Positions 1-13,830 of a stretch of DNA of 64,000 bases are shown here, in pieces. The notes below the pieces were generated by a model, which was given only the letters and a program-made list of their open reading frames with translations, was not told where the DNA came from and did no database searches. The stretch is taken from contig NC_068981.1 of assembly GCF_001194135.2 (NCBI RefSeq), positions 76,602,606 to 76,666,605 on the forward strand. Direction: 5' to 3'. Within the stretch, counting starts at the first letter, position 1. Every line of letters begins with the position of its first letter. The stretch comes from Octopus bimaculoides (taxonomy: Eukaryota). Position numbers and translations under genes: made by a program.

Positions 1-70
1 TATATATATATATATATATATATATATGCATACAAACACACATATACACACACGCAACACACACACGCGC
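1..70. repeat. compound (TA)n/(CA)n microsatellite
   Basis: Directly visible dinucleotide runs. Confidence 0.9.
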
Positions 71-1053
71 GCTCACACAGTACAGCTTGCATTAATGGTT
101 GACATTACTGACGGATGATTGATCAGCTCAAAGATTAGAGATATTTGCGTTGATGCAGATTGTTTTATCCTGACCTGATTATTCATTTCTCTTAATATAT
201 TAATTAATTCATTATCGAATTTATTCATTTCCTTTATCCGTTCAGCATTTATTATTTGATTTGATTATCATTCTATAGCTGAAACTGATTGGAAAATACT
301 CTCTCTCTGTGCGTTCCTTCCCTTCCTTTGTGTCTTTCGTTGTTTCTTTCTTCCGTCTTTTTTTATAAATCTCAAAGTTCGATTGCAAGGGACATAACTC
401 GTACATCGTTCAAGTTGAATACATTCCCTTGCGTGCAAAACTGATTTTCGGTTTTGTAATTTTTTCACCAGTATGTGCAATTGTGAATACAATATATTCG
501 CATAAAATACCCTTAAAAATAATTAAAATGAGGAAGAAAAAAGAGATTAGTATTGCTAAACGTATACATATATTTATGCATACCTACTTACGAACATATA
601 AGCTTTCTTACCTATCTACCTATGTAGATATTTACAAAAGAATTAAATTTTATATTTTAAAAATAAGTAGAGTGAGCACTCACCACACGAGTGTTCCTGC
701 GCGCGCAAGTATGTGAGGTCAAGATTTATAATCAACGACTACTTCTGGTAACCATGTAAGTTGCTACATGCATATAGATGCGTATATGAGAAGGGTACTT
801 GTTCTTCAAATATGTGTTGTTTGTAATGCTTGTCCGTCTTGCCTTTTTGCTTGTTGCCAATTTTGCAGCTTCCAGTATTATTAGAGAATCTTCTGGGATC
901 AAGGAACCGTTTCTCCTTATAACATACAGCAAGTGCTTTTTAGATAAGCACCATACATTTATTTACATTGTTTTACCATTTCACATTTATTTATCGTTTT
1001 ATTTACTCATTCATTTTTTTATTCATTTGTTTATTTGCCTTGGCTCCAGTTAA

Positions 1054-1423
1054 CACTCAGCTCTCTTCTCACCACAAATGGACGGAAACCCTTTCGTTAT
1101 AGTGTGTTCGAGTAATTCATGTATGCAATTTCAACAATGGAATGATTTCACTTCCGCAATTCTCTGGGACTCCGGAGCACAGAAGGTACTGCATAAGCAA
1201 GAAAGTAGTGGATTTCCGGTAACCTATGATGCAGCTGCATTCTTCGTTGAAATGCATGTCCGCTCCGTAAGTGATGGGGTTTTCATAACTACGACGATGT
1301 GACACAATAATCACCAAATGTTTTGTAGTAGAGTGTTTCTTCGTCTTGGTCAAAGAGACTCAGGACAGGGAGGAGAGTACATCTCTACTGTCAGCGAAAA
1401 CTTGCGACCACACTGGAAAGCGG
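1054..1423 (+). other. candidate exon-like GC-richer segment (unidentified)
   Basis: One frame is open from 1054 to 1423 except for TGA at 1300-1302; donor-like GCGG|GTGAGC at 1424. No recognisable homology. Confidence 0.2.
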
Positions 1424-2055
1424 GTGAGCAGCCACCACTTGTGTATGTGTGGGGTATGTGTTTGTGTGTGTGTGTGTGTGTTTGTATGAGTGAGTGTGTG
1501 TGTGTGTGTGTGTGTAAGTGCATCTGAGTGCATCCGAGTGCATGTGTGCGCATGTTTATGTTTGTGCACGCATAAATAGCGAAGAACTAGCTTTCATTTC
1601 AAACATACTGTATCAAAGAACCAACGATGATCGAGTTTGGTCTTTTTTATTATGGATAGTTACATGCTTCATAACCATTCCTGCATATTGAATTTGGAAT
1701 AATACTTTGAAATTTACATGGTCCCATTATCAGAAGAAAATACAGGAAATAATGGCCTGTTATTTGTGCGCTTTGAAGTAGATAGTAAAGATCATAGGGA
1801 TATTGTTATAACCGATAAAATCATTAATGCCGCATTCAGAAATAGTAAGTCATAGGCAGTTTTTATGATTTATTTTTCGTGTGATATACCTAAGAATGGA
1901 TTTCTTTTTCTTTGTGTTTGGTATTATGCTGCATGTTATAGTGCTTCTACTGGATTCTATATAAAACTATAGAGCCAACTGGTGTTTTTCTATGATATTT
2001 CGTTCACAGCGTTATATTGAGGAACGATGTCTCCTTTTTTTTTTGTAAAACGCAG

Positions 2056-2129
2056 ATATGGATGAAGAGCCTGATTGGTTTAAATCACATCTTGAAAATA
2101 TTTATTCTTACATTTATGATCCAGTATAA
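2056..2129 (+). other. candidate exon (unidentified)
   Basis: Poly-T tract plus CAG acceptor at 2055; phase-compatible with the 1424 donor, reading (D)MDEEPDWFKSHLENIYSYIYDPV*. Confidence 0.15.
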
Positions 2130-4171
2130 CGTGACCATAAATCAGACACAGAAACGCCCTAATGTTCAGATATACATGTAACAATAAGGAATAATACATG
2201 TAGCAACTAAAGGTACATATCATCGTAGGCTTTATCTTGTACCCGAGAATTTAATGTCTTTACTGAATGCTTGCTTTATTGGGATGGCATTGGTAATTAA
2301 GCAGACCAACGAATCGCCGTAAGTATAGAACGTTTGTAATTTAATCCCTTCCTACAGAAAATCTTACATCTTCTTCCTCTAAATAATCCTTAGATAAAGT
2401 CTTACGTGCAGAGAAATCATTAGTCGATACTGGGTAATCTTACATGGCCGGCCATAGAACAATGCAAGAACAGTTTCATTCAGTCTAATGCTACAGATAT
2501 CACACTCATTATGAATATATAGACCACATATACCGTATACCAGAAGAGCTAAGTACATTTTGGTTATAAATGAATAACTATGTCATTAACCAATCCAATA
2601 AAACAAAAAAAACATGAATCACACCTAATCACAACCTCAGATGTAGAATGAATATATTAAGATAAAACAGACTAGCAAATCACAGAACGTACTTAATCAC
2701 AGAACGTACCAATATAATTTACTTAGAAATTTCAGTAGAACATGTATGCTGTAAACCCATTACTCAAGACGCTATATCAGTTACATAAGTACAATACTTT
2801 CACATCGATTGAACATCTATTTACAAGGAGTCACTGCGGTTCATTGTAATATGTTACATAAAATGTAATTCGATAGGAAAAAAATTAGTTCACAACACTT
2901 GAATTTAATATAGAATTCCACAAATAATAACTACATGTAAATAAAATGAAAATAATAGCTATGGAAAGTTTACTAATAGTCAAATACAAACCAAAATTCA
3001 ATACACAGCTACACTGCACGTAAAATAAATCATGAAATATACAAGGACTTACTGCTGTATAATTTTTAAATCTAGCTTTAATGATTTAATCAATTATAAC
3101 AATATTCGTAGGATATTTTGTAACCTGCAGTAAAACATGCAAACAGCACGTTTTTTATTACCATCGTTATTCTGATTTTGGAACTATGAAAGTTTTCAAA
3201 CAGTAATGGGATAATGAATTTAGGAACGTTATTGTTGCAAACTAAACGTAGAAATCTAAGTGAATATAAAAATTCCTTAATATAAAATATCAAACTTGAA
3301 CGTAACTATCTCTCCCTACCCCGTTTCCCTTTCTTTCTCTTACTCTCTCTTCTCTCACTCTCTCACCCCACCCCTTGCACACACTATTTAAAGTAAACGC
3401 AATCATAGATGTTTAATACCTAATGAATCAATATCAATCCTTGCACATGACCAATACTATCTCAACTACGAACCTAGCTTGTACACTAATGAAATCTAAC
3501 TACTGTTGCACATTTAGTCCAGTACTCTAATGTTACTTTAACACCGCCACAACTCACGGTAATAAGAAATTCTAGCATCTAATTTATAAGAATATATTAT
3601 ATTACAGTTAAATGAATTGTCTTTAAGATACATAAAAGTCGAGATAAATTCCAATATGATTTTAACAGTCAGACATTTAGTCGGATATTCCATAGTCTCT
3701 AACTTACGTACACGCACAATTATGCGGGCCATTCACATGATACAAATAAGCCTCCTGAAGGAGGTCGTTTGTCATGCTAGAAATAGAAGATAAATTTCTA
3801 TCTAGTTAAATTTTTCCTTCTTTCCAATAAACAATGACATTCTACATACGTTGGAAACTAATAAACCGGCCACATATGCTTGCTTTCTGAACACTGAACT
3901 GGAATTAAAACAAGAACAACAATAGCAGTAAAATAGTTACAAACAAATATATACATGCACACAACCATACACATACGCATGCATGCTCAAAACCGGACAC
4001 ACATATACACACCAATGCACAACCAGTTGAACGTACAAAGATAAGAAATCAATGGTTAATAAACGAACCTCGATAGTAGCAGATGCTACAAAAAAATACA
4101 TTTCTATGAAGCATGATGATACATGAGGTACAATCTTCAAGTAATATTTATTTATTTATTTATTTATTTAT

Positions 4172-4338
4172 AAGCATGACTGTATGTTTAAGAAACTCGC
4201 TTTACAACTACTTGGTTTCGGTTTCAGTCCACTGCGCAGCACCTTGGGCAAATGTCTCCTACTATATATATATAGACCCAGGTTGTGCAAAAATGTTTTG
4301 CTAATGAATTTGGTAGATCGAACGTGTGTGGTAGTAGG

Positions 4339-4340
<2 letters not shown>
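4172..4340 (+). mobile_element. tRNA-headed SINE, family B (5' part, running into (GT)n and a gap)
   Basis: A-box-like head, B-box-like GGTTTCAGTCC, then CACCTTGGGCAAATGTC...TTTGGTAGA; homologous to the split copy at 13.5/16.6 kb. Confidence 0.7.
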
Positions 4341-4399
<59 letters not shown>

Positions 4400-4791
4400 N
4401 NNNNNNNNNNNNNNNNNNNNNNNNNNNNNNNNNNNNNNNNNNNNNNNNNNNNNNNNNNNNNNNNNNNNNNNNNNNNNNNNNNNNNNNNNNNNNNNNNNNN
4501 NNNNNNNNNNNNNNNNNNNNNNNNNNNNNNNNNNNNNNNNNNNNNNNNNNNNNNNNNNNNNNNNNNNNNNNNNNNNNNNNNNNNNNNNNNNNNNNNNNNN
4601 NNNNNNNNNNNNNNNNNNNNNNNNNNNNNNNNNNNNNNNNNNNNNNNNNNNNNNNNNNNNNNNNNNNNNNNNNNNNNNNNNNNNNNNNNNNNNNNNNNNN
4701 NNNNNNNNNNNNNNNNNNNNNNNNNNNNNNNNNNNNNNNNNNNNNNNNNNNNNNNNNNNNNNNNNNNNNNNNNNNNNNNNNNTACATACAT

Positions 4792-4885
<94 letters not shown>

Positions 4886-5145
4886 GGAGAAAGAGACAGA
4901 CAGAAATTTTAGAAAAGCTTTGATTATTTTTCGCTTTGACTTTGAGACTAAATTGCAAAATTCGAGTTAACTGGATACTCGACTTCTATAACTATTACTT
5001 TCTGTCTCAGTTTTGGTTTCTTTTTTGTTTGTTCTCATTTTATTAATTGCACTCATGTTATCAATGCACTTGGTAGAAGTTTCATTCTGCAAGTATATAC
5101 GCGCGTACTCAACATAAGAAATATTTTTATATTCTTTTCTATTCT

Positions 5146-5352
5146 AGGCACACGGTTCGCAATTTAGCGGGGAGGGGGCCAGTCAATTAGATAAACTCCA
5201 GTACGTAACTGGTACTTAATTAATAGACCCTGAAAGGATGAAAAGCAAAGTCGAACTCGGCACAATTTGAACTGAGAATATATAAAGACAGACGAAATAC
5301 CGCTAAACATTTCGCTCGGTGTACTAACGTTTCTGCCAGCTCGGCGCCTTAA
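5146..5352 (-). mobile_element. tRNA-headed SINE, family A
   Basis: Shares CCTGAAAGGATGAAA..CAAAGTCGA and GAACT.AGAA blocks with at least 6 other copies in the window; head GGCG..GAGCTGGCAGAA on the minus strand. Confidence 0.85.
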
Positions 5353-6518
5353 ACATCTTTATATTCATCTTATAGCTTTCCTTTCTACGGTTAGTACTAT
5401 GCTTTGTTTCAGGAATACTTTCATCATGCTGCATACGAAATTAAAAACTTGATGACATTGCGGAGAAACTACTAATCACATATTGTAATATCTTGTTACA
5501 TATCATCAGTTACATATCAATGGTTAAAAAGCATCTTTTTAGTTTGTTTTCTTTTATTTATTTATTTGTCAACGGGTATTTTCTGATTATTTTCTATACT
5601 CGCACTCCAGATGCATACATTTGAAGTGTTATATATTTAACTCTCCTGAATTCAAGAGAGGCAATACATCCTACCAATTTTCTCAGATCTACGAAAACAA
5701 ACGCAAATATAGCCTTATTTCGTTTTATTTATTTATCTTTTGCATGCAGTGTTTCTCTTGCAGGTCTGTGTTGCGTTACGTGAGTCCCAAAATTCTGATA
5801 TTTTATTGAATGTATTCGGGAGCTAAATATCTTTAATGTAGCTCGTTCCCAACCCGTCAAATTTTGTTGTCTTCATTGTTGATGCATTGGGCTTTGTTGC
5901 TATTTAGCAGATTCTGTTTGATTCATAACATATGACAATCAAAGGAGCACTGAAATTATTTTCTGCATTTTCTTCTGAGACTTGCTATCAGGATCTTTAG
6001 TTGAATTTAATGTTAATGGAGAGACTTTCTTCTGAACACCAATCAAATATATTCTCATATATGCTGGTCAGTGCTAATGTTGCAAATATATAAAAGAATA
6101 TCATCCATTTTATATTAGGAAAGCTCTGAGAAACATATTTATTTTGAAATTTAGTTTAGAAATATTTGGTCACTCCATTTTTGCTTGTAGCAAATTTCGA
6201 CGGCGCCTAAATATTTCTAGATGTCACCGTGTAGAATAAGGAATCTAGAGTAACTATTAATAAAATTATTTTGGATGTAGAAAATAATTTTGCTGACCCC
6301 CATGTATATAATTCCACCCGCCAGGTTTAATTCCATTCGTCAGGTATAATTCCATCCTTATATAAGAAGAAAAATTCCATTTTTTTCTCAGCAATGCATA
6401 TTTCTAATGTCGATCTTTTGGTTTTCACTAAGAAATTATGGATCATATTAGAATCTCTTGCAGGTTTAAATATTAGTGATTAACTAACGGACTTTTGTAA
6501 AATATTGGTTTAAAATTT

Positions 6519-6721
6519 TGGCACAAGGCCAACAATTTCGGAGGAGGATGTAAGTCGATTACATCGATCCCAGTGTTCAACTGGAACATTTTTTATCGAC
6601 CCTGAAAGGATGAAAAACAAAGTCAACCCTAGCGGTATGTGAACTTCGAACGTAAATCGGAAGAAACGCTGCTAAGATTTTCGCCGGCATGGTGTAACAA
6701 TTCTGCTAGTTCACCGCCTTA
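6519..6721 (-). mobile_element. tRNA-headed SINE, family A
   Basis: Same conserved blocks as 5146-5352. Confidence 0.85.
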
Positions 6722-7993
6722 CTTTTGTCAAATATTATAAAAGAGATTTAGTGATATCGACTACAACCATCCTACTTTTAGTCACAAGTGCAAAACATAT
6801 CGGCAAGGCACTTGAGATCTTTGCTTTGGCAGAAACTAAGACATCCAGTACTTTTACCAGACGTAGTGTGACTCCAGTAACTCACTGGAGAATGAGATTA
6901 AATTCATGCATTCTATCGCAAGATTTTTGCTGCATTTCTTACTTTGGACTGTGTAGATTTATCATCAAATGTTGTTTAGCATGTTTAAACAGTTTGTATG
7001 AAATTTATACTAAAGCAATGGAGTTGACTTGGCAAGAATATTTCTTTATCCAGCTGCTGTTTCATTATTATTTTTAAACTTTTAATCTAATCTTTCACAG
7101 TTAGGTTTTTTTACCTAATATTAAATATTTGTCACTTTCAGTAGAACGTTAACGTTTTATGCCAGTAACCAACAATTAGATATCACCCTGATGTCTTCTA
7201 ATTCTGCAGCTTTCCCACTGTATTGGTCAAAGTTTAAAGATTGTGTTAGTTGTACTGTTGATGTGATATAGTATTCCTGTCTGATTCTATATAATCATGG
7301 TGCATTCTAATAGAAATAATTCTTTCTGACTGCTGATCTTTATATCAAAAGTACTTAAGATATTCCTGAGAATAGAACTTTTATTTTCATCACCTGATGT
7401 AAGCTATTGATGATTTTCGTCATCGTCTTTTATACACCTGCAGTCTGCATTTTATATCATTACCACGTGCTCAACAGATACCCTTTCGTACTCATGGAAA
7501 CTGAATAGAAGTAGGTGTTGATTATCCAAAACGTGTTATCACATATTTTCAGATAGACTCCCCTTGTGATACTCTTAATAAGATTTAACATGAGAGTGTT
7601 CTCGTTTATTTTACTCTCGTCAAAGAAACGTTAGTTGTCTAATGTTGGCTTAGAGAATTTGGAGAAATTCTTCTGAACTTGTTTTAATTGTAGGTAATGG
7701 TAGCTATGGATGTATATGTATATTTGGGAATTTAAGTTATTCCTAGAATTCATATCAGTCACTAACAATGTGGTAGGTCTGTATTTTATGTCAAAACAAT
7801 TCCCGAGATTTCTGAAGATGTGGGTTAGTTAGTGTACGCTTATGTGTAGTCATATGCGTAGGTATATTTGATGTAATGTAATGGGTGAGCATGTTTTGTT
7901 TCTTCACAACCTTTACAAATGTATGGTGATTCATTGTTCATTATGTACGTTTTTGTGTGACCCATATATACACGTGATTCACCATATGTTCCT

Positions 7994-8760
7994 TCACCGA
8001 TGCTCAAATGGAGATTTCCTTGAATGCTTTACATATTCTATTGATTGTTCTTGGAGGATGCAAATCAGTTTCATTTGATATTTGCTGGAAAAGCTCGATT
8101 TTCCGGGAATCATATTCAAATATATTGTTATATAGCCCAGTGCATATTTAACACTTTGTAGAAATGAAAATCTATAGCTCGGATACAAAAGCCGTAAGTT
8201 TCTCATTTGTTTAATATAGGTGTTTTTATGTAATGTTAGAGTTTAGATATGCATATCCACTGGGTAGCTAAACTCGACAATATTGCACGACTTTTGTTCT
8301 CTTTCCTATAAAATAACATCAGACCTATCGTGTTTGTGTTATGTTGATGTTTTTAGTGGAATGTTCCACTAGCATTTGTCATTTTACAGTGTGCTATAAC
8401 AGAGTGATTCTAGTGATCGTTTGTGAGAGCTATCCTTCCTGCGGATAGCATTGCAAATAGTTTCAGCCACAATGTCATATCTAATAGGGAGATAGTACAT
8501 TAGGGATATTTTATAACTTCTGATGACGTGGCTGTTATATTCCACACTGGTATGACACAATCGACAACGCAAATGTTTAGAGGCTTCCTTACCTCTTTTC
8601 TTAATCGAGTATTCTGTAGTTATCTCCTGTCCTTGAATAGCACAGAATTGATGGTTGACATTTTCTAACTTGCAGGATATGTAACCAAGCATAACTTTTG
8701 CCATATAAAAATGAATATATCTTCCTTCAAGTTTGTTTTGGTTCACATGGAAAAGCTGTA
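7994..8760 (-). mobile_element. decayed RLE-type (R4/NeSL-like) non-LTR retrotransposon, C-terminal region
   Basis: Translations AIQGQEITTEY...CRLCHTSVEYNSHVI (CCHC knuckle), a WNIP-like motif and RNLRLLYPSYRF; many stops and frameshifts. Confidence 0.7.
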
Positions 8761-11700
8761 CATTTATGTACTTTTCAGGAGTTCATCACCTACTCTCATT
8801 ATTGTTGCTATTGAGTACACAAGTGGTACTCCTTTCTCCCTTTATTGTTCAATAGGTGTTTTCTATCTAATATAATGCAGCACTCAAAAGCCGTCTGGAC
8901 TGGCCTTATATCTCTGTCTCCATCCGTCTATGAGTGTCGTTGTCGATAGGGGAGTTGCCAATGGTAGTTAGTGTCCTCCTTGTTATGATGTACAGGTTTC
9001 AGGTCTCTTCAAGAGCCTAATCTGGCATCTTAAATGCATTATATATGTATGCATGAATGCACCTGTGTGCGTAAGCATGTATCTATGTAAGCATGTATGT
9101 ATGTATTTAGGTAGTTGTGCATGTGCAGATGTAGCTTTATTTTTCAAATTTCTTACTAATAGAAAATGAAATGCAGTGAAATTCAGAAACAAGATTCTTT
9201 CATTTAATTTAGAGAACAGCAACTAGATAACCATGTAGGAATTGTCTACATATCTGCATACATATGCATGTGTGCATGCGCGTATAAAAAGAGTGTGCAA
9301 ATCTTTATATGTTAGCCTATGTACAAAGCAGACACATACATGCATATAACATTTGAATGACCATACATGAGCATATGCACATGATACACAGTTCACTTCT
9401 AGATTGTTTTAGATATAATTACAGTTCGATTAATGGCATGTAATTGTAATTTTGTAATTGGCCGTGTCTTTTCTGATTTGTGAAGTTCAATTTCTCAGCA
9501 ACGGCGCTGAGAAAGTTAGCTCATAACAAAGTTCCCAGTGATCAAAATTATAAATCTAAAGTCGTTGTTCGAATGTAGTAGCATCTGCAGATTTCTCATT
9601 AATTTGACATATGTATTTTCTTTCTCTTTTATCTTCAATGTGCTAAACATCGGCTGGGCAACTGATTCGACAGCTGTGCACTCTTACTTTACTCTGTCCC
9701 ACTTCATTGTTTCGTGATTTGTACGGAACTTTAGACAAGTATATGACACCAGCATACTTTTAAATTAAGAATGTGTATACTCTCCAAGTATTGTATTTAA
9801 AGTTTACGACATTACTTCATGCTTCATAGGCAGTTACATCGTGGTGACATTTCTGGATACTTGTTTGTGGCTTGGGTTATATATTCTGTATTAACTATAC
9901 AGTGTCTGATAGTTTTACATTCAGTTTTTATCCATCCTTCAGGTTTTGAACATTTGGTAATTTGTTATTTTCTGTTCCTTTAATGCAAGGAATGAACTAA
10001 TATAATCATTGTAGGTCCAATATATAGTGTCAATGTTACTGTCATTCCGAAGGATTTTAACAAAAGTGAAACGTAAGAATTTCTGCTCGAAAACAGAAAG
10101 ATCATGCACAATAGATTTATTGTCGGTTTGATGTCATTGTTCTCAATTGTTCACTCAAGTAGAATAGAATACCGCCGATTCGTTAATTACTATGTAAGAA
10201 CCTGAATAATATTATAGACACGTATCGTGGAATTCTCACAAAAAATAATGGCAAAATATATTACAAGAAAGAGGTCTTGAATTACAAGCATAATCCGTTC
10301 TACGAACGTCTATATACAGTTTATACCTTCCCAATTTAATTCACAAGGCTTGATCGACTGGTGGCTATGGTAAAAAGCATCACACTCAAAATGGAATCAG
10401 GATAGAAAATCAAACTTCTTAGTCATTCAGCAAATCCATGCATGTACATGTGATCTATGTCAGGTCTTTGTTGATTTGCAGGCGTTATAGAAGGGATCGG
10501 CCTTCACTCCTCCAATAGATTGGTGTGGTTTGGTCTGGTAGTTAGTAGATGCTATAGAATCGAAAGAATGTAACTTTCAATGGCTCTGCCTCCTTTTCTT
10601 CTTTTAGGCACAGACACTAGAGATATAGAAATTTCTGGTAGCAGTCTTTGAGGTTTAAAATAAAATTCTGGTCTAAGTGAGTAGCTCAAATGTTGTTATG
10701 AGTGTTGACAGTAAACAGATTGTCGGTCATTAATTCATTGCATATAAGAAAGCTTTGAATATAAGATCCTTCAATCCATTTGTAATTTCCCTTAGTTTGT
10801 CTTTTTTTTAATTACAAATGCCTTCTACAATAGATTTCATCTATTCTTAGGTACTACAAGCGTTCTGTGTGGGTTGTCGGAGAAGGGATTTAGCTAATGA
10901 CTGAGCTGCTGTTTGACTAGCTTGTAATTTTTCCTTCTTTTACAAACTGTTAAGAGCATTTCTCTTGACGAAGCTCCAATTCTGTGTCTTTTCAAAGAGT
11001 CATAAGGTGAAATCTCTTCTTCCTATCGTTCATATTTTTGGCATATGAATTCAGCTCGTCCACAAAGAAACCATGTGTTAGGTTACATGCGTCTACCTTT
11101 GAGCTAATCACATATTCTTCAGATTCTCTGAACATAAACTATAAGGATCTCAATGAAAATGTAAACAGCTTCACAGAGTCAAGTACCTTAAATGTTTAAA
11201 AATTATTGCATGACATCACTTTCTAACACCCTTTCATAAACGAATGTTTTCATTTCGTTTATTTGTCAGCTCAATTTTTCCGTCTCTACTACAATAAATG
11301 ATCATTAAAAAGATATATATATATTTTGTTTTTCATGAAATACTATTCATAGTTTTGTCCCACCTTCCCCACTCCCTGCTCGACGTTATAAGTACTATTT
11401 ATCTATTTATTTCCTTATTTGTTTGGAATTCGTCTTTTAAATAATATCCTCATTATTTTTGTAAGATATATTTCGTAAGCTCTTTTATTTTTGAACACCA
11501 AATACATTCAACGAAATTCGAGTACCGTATCCCATTTCTTTTCCTTACAATGCTGCAATACAATTTATCTTATTTACTTTTAAATTATTTTATTTTTCCG
11601 CTTGCCTGCTGTGTGATTTGATATGTTCTGTCGGCTGCTTTCTCTGTTCTGTAAATCATTACTTATTAAGACACGTTCCGCTACATCAGATATAATGAAA

Positions 11701-12405
11701 GAAGACAGCTTAAACAATAAAGTTGAAATTTCTTCATATTAAAATAAAAACTATAAGTATGTCTACAAATAACTCTAAAATTAAGACCGGATTTATCGAG
11801 ACTCATTGCACAATACCAACTATTGTACAAACGACCTGATACGTATGAGATTTGGCTTAAGGCTTTTCAGAGAACAACCAATTGGTGGTACAACAGACGA
11901 CTGCTGAAAAGTTCGACAGACCATTGAAAGATGTGAAGAAAATAACGATTTTCCATTGCACCAATCGGTCGATGAAAGGTGGACTTGCTCCATAAGTGTT
12001 CTTCCATTTTATTGAATTATGAACTTTTTGTCTCCTCTATGTTGACTGACCAGTATTCGTCTCGCCGGAGCATATGTAAACACTGAGAACCGAAATTGTG
12101 CGCAATCAGTTCATCATAACTTTTTCCAAAAGTAAAACTTTTGCACAGCACGACTGTACATTTTATGAGGTGGAATTGAATTGAAATTTGTGTAAACAAT
12201 GCTTTGATGGCAAACAAAAATGTGAGCAGCCTGAAATTAATGGTTAAGGTCTCTTTAACTTCAGGAACATAAATTTTGTAGAGGAAATGTAGACAAAATG
12301 ATTAATAGAAAATAAAAAGCAGAATGCTCAAGGTAGAAAAATTAAACTAACGATAGTGAACGTTTTAAAAAGTAAAAAGAAATTCATGAACATCTTATAG
12401 AAATA

Positions 12406-12617
12406 CAGGGTGTCCACAAGGTCTGGGTACATGGAGTAGATAAAGTCATAACATAAACAACTAAATATAAGAAATAATAATTTCTTAAAGTATGTTTTAA
12501 TCCCCATGTGGCTACATGGACTAAATAAAATCATAACATAAACAATTAAATATAAGAAATAATAATTTCTTAAAGTATGTGTTAATCCCCATGTACCCAG
12601 ACTTTGTGGACACCCTG
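12406..12617. mobile_element. Tc1/mariner-type MITE with internal 85-bp tandem duplication
   Basis: 29-bp TIRs CAGGGTGTCCACAA(G/A)GTCTGGGTACATGG with 1 mismatch; TA on both sides (12404-05, 12618-19). Confidence 0.9.
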
Positions 12618-12714
12618 TATATCTAAGATCGATGTGTTCGAAGTCCTTTCAGTCTCGTTTATTTCTTGACAAGATTTGAAAGTAAATTTATTATCCAATA
12701 TGTACTGCTCAGGA

Positions 12715-12925
12715 AAGCGGCAAACTGGCAGTATCGTTACCACCCTGCACAAAATGCTTATCGGCATTTCGTCCGTCTTTACGTTCTGAGTTCAAATTCC
12801 GCCGATGTCGATTTTGCCTTTCATCCTTTCGGGGTTGATAAAATAATTACAAGTTGAACACTAGAATTTATGTAATCGACTTACCCCTACCTCCGAAATA
12901 GCTGGTCTGGTGCCAAAGTTTGAAG
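12715..12925 (+). mobile_element. tRNA-headed SINE, family A
   Basis: A-box-like TGGCAGTATCG, B-box GAGTTCAAATTCC, central GCCTTTCATCCTTTCGGGG block. Confidence 0.85.
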
Positions 12926-13107
12926 CCAACATATATTGCTCAGCAATTTCTGCTAACATTTCTAGAATTGAAACAATGAATAAAGAGGGAATTTAAAATT
13001 TTATTCTTTAACATTAAGTTTAAATAAAGAAAGCACATATTAATGTTTCTTCATTTATGAACTAATGTTGAACAGGAAACAGAAATGAACATAGTCTTCT
13101 GTAATAC

Positions 13108-13207
13108 AGTTCTATATTTAAGAGATGAGGAATTATGTACATTATTTACATTTGACGGATATTTGTGCTCATTTTGTTCGTTGTTAACACAACGTCTCGG
13201 CTAATAT
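13108..13207 (-). mobile_element. Penelope-like terminal repeat 3' end with partial hammerhead motif (rest in gap)
   Basis: Homologous to 38581-38676; minus strand reads TAGCC GAGACGTT GTGTT...AAATGTAAATAATGTACATAATTCCTCATCTCTTAAATATAGAACT. Confidence 0.65.
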
Positions 13208-13539
13208 NNNNNNNNNNNNNNNNNNNNNNNNNNNNNNNNNNNNNNNNNNNNNNNNNNNNNNNNNNNNNNNNNNNNNNNNNNNNNNNNNNNNNNNNNNNNN
13301 NNNNNNNNNNNNNNNNNNNNNNNNNNNNNNNNNNNNNNNNNNNNNNNNNNNNNNNNNNNNNNNNNNNNNNNNNNNNNNNNNNNNNNNNNNNNNNNNNNNN
13401 NNNNNNNNNNNNNNNNNNNNNNNNNNNNNNNNNNNNNNNNNNNNNNNNNNNNNNNNNNNNNNNNNNNNNNNNNNNNNNNNNNNNNNNNNNNNNNNNNNNN
13501 NNNNNNNNNNNNNNNNNTTTCTGAACTTCCGATCTAAGA

Positions 13540-13830
13540 AAAAAGAAAATTAATGTTTCATCTTTTGCCTATTTCTGTCATTAGACATTTCTTTGAAGAA
13601 TTTTTAGTCGGTTGTATCGACTCCAGTATTTATTTTGTTTTTAAAGCCTTGTATTTATTCTATCGGTTCTTTTGCCGAGCCGCTAGGTTATGGGGACGTA
13701 AAAACACCAGCACCGGTCAAGTAGTGGGTGTTGAACAAACACACACACGTTTATATATATACGACGAGCTTTTTTCAATTTCCATCTACCAAACTCCACT
13801 CACAAAGCTTTGGTCGACCCGAGAGTCTAG
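13540..13830 (-). mobile_element. SINE family B body and 3' part
   Basis: Minus strand GTCTTTTACTAGACTCTCGGGTCGACCAAAGCTTTGTGAGTGGAGTTTGGTAGA resembles the body of the 4172 copy. Confidence 0.65.

Noticed and set aside
8985-9030. Minus-strand CTTGAAGAGACCTGAAAC as a hammerhead
   Set aside because: No stem II can form and stem I is not evident.
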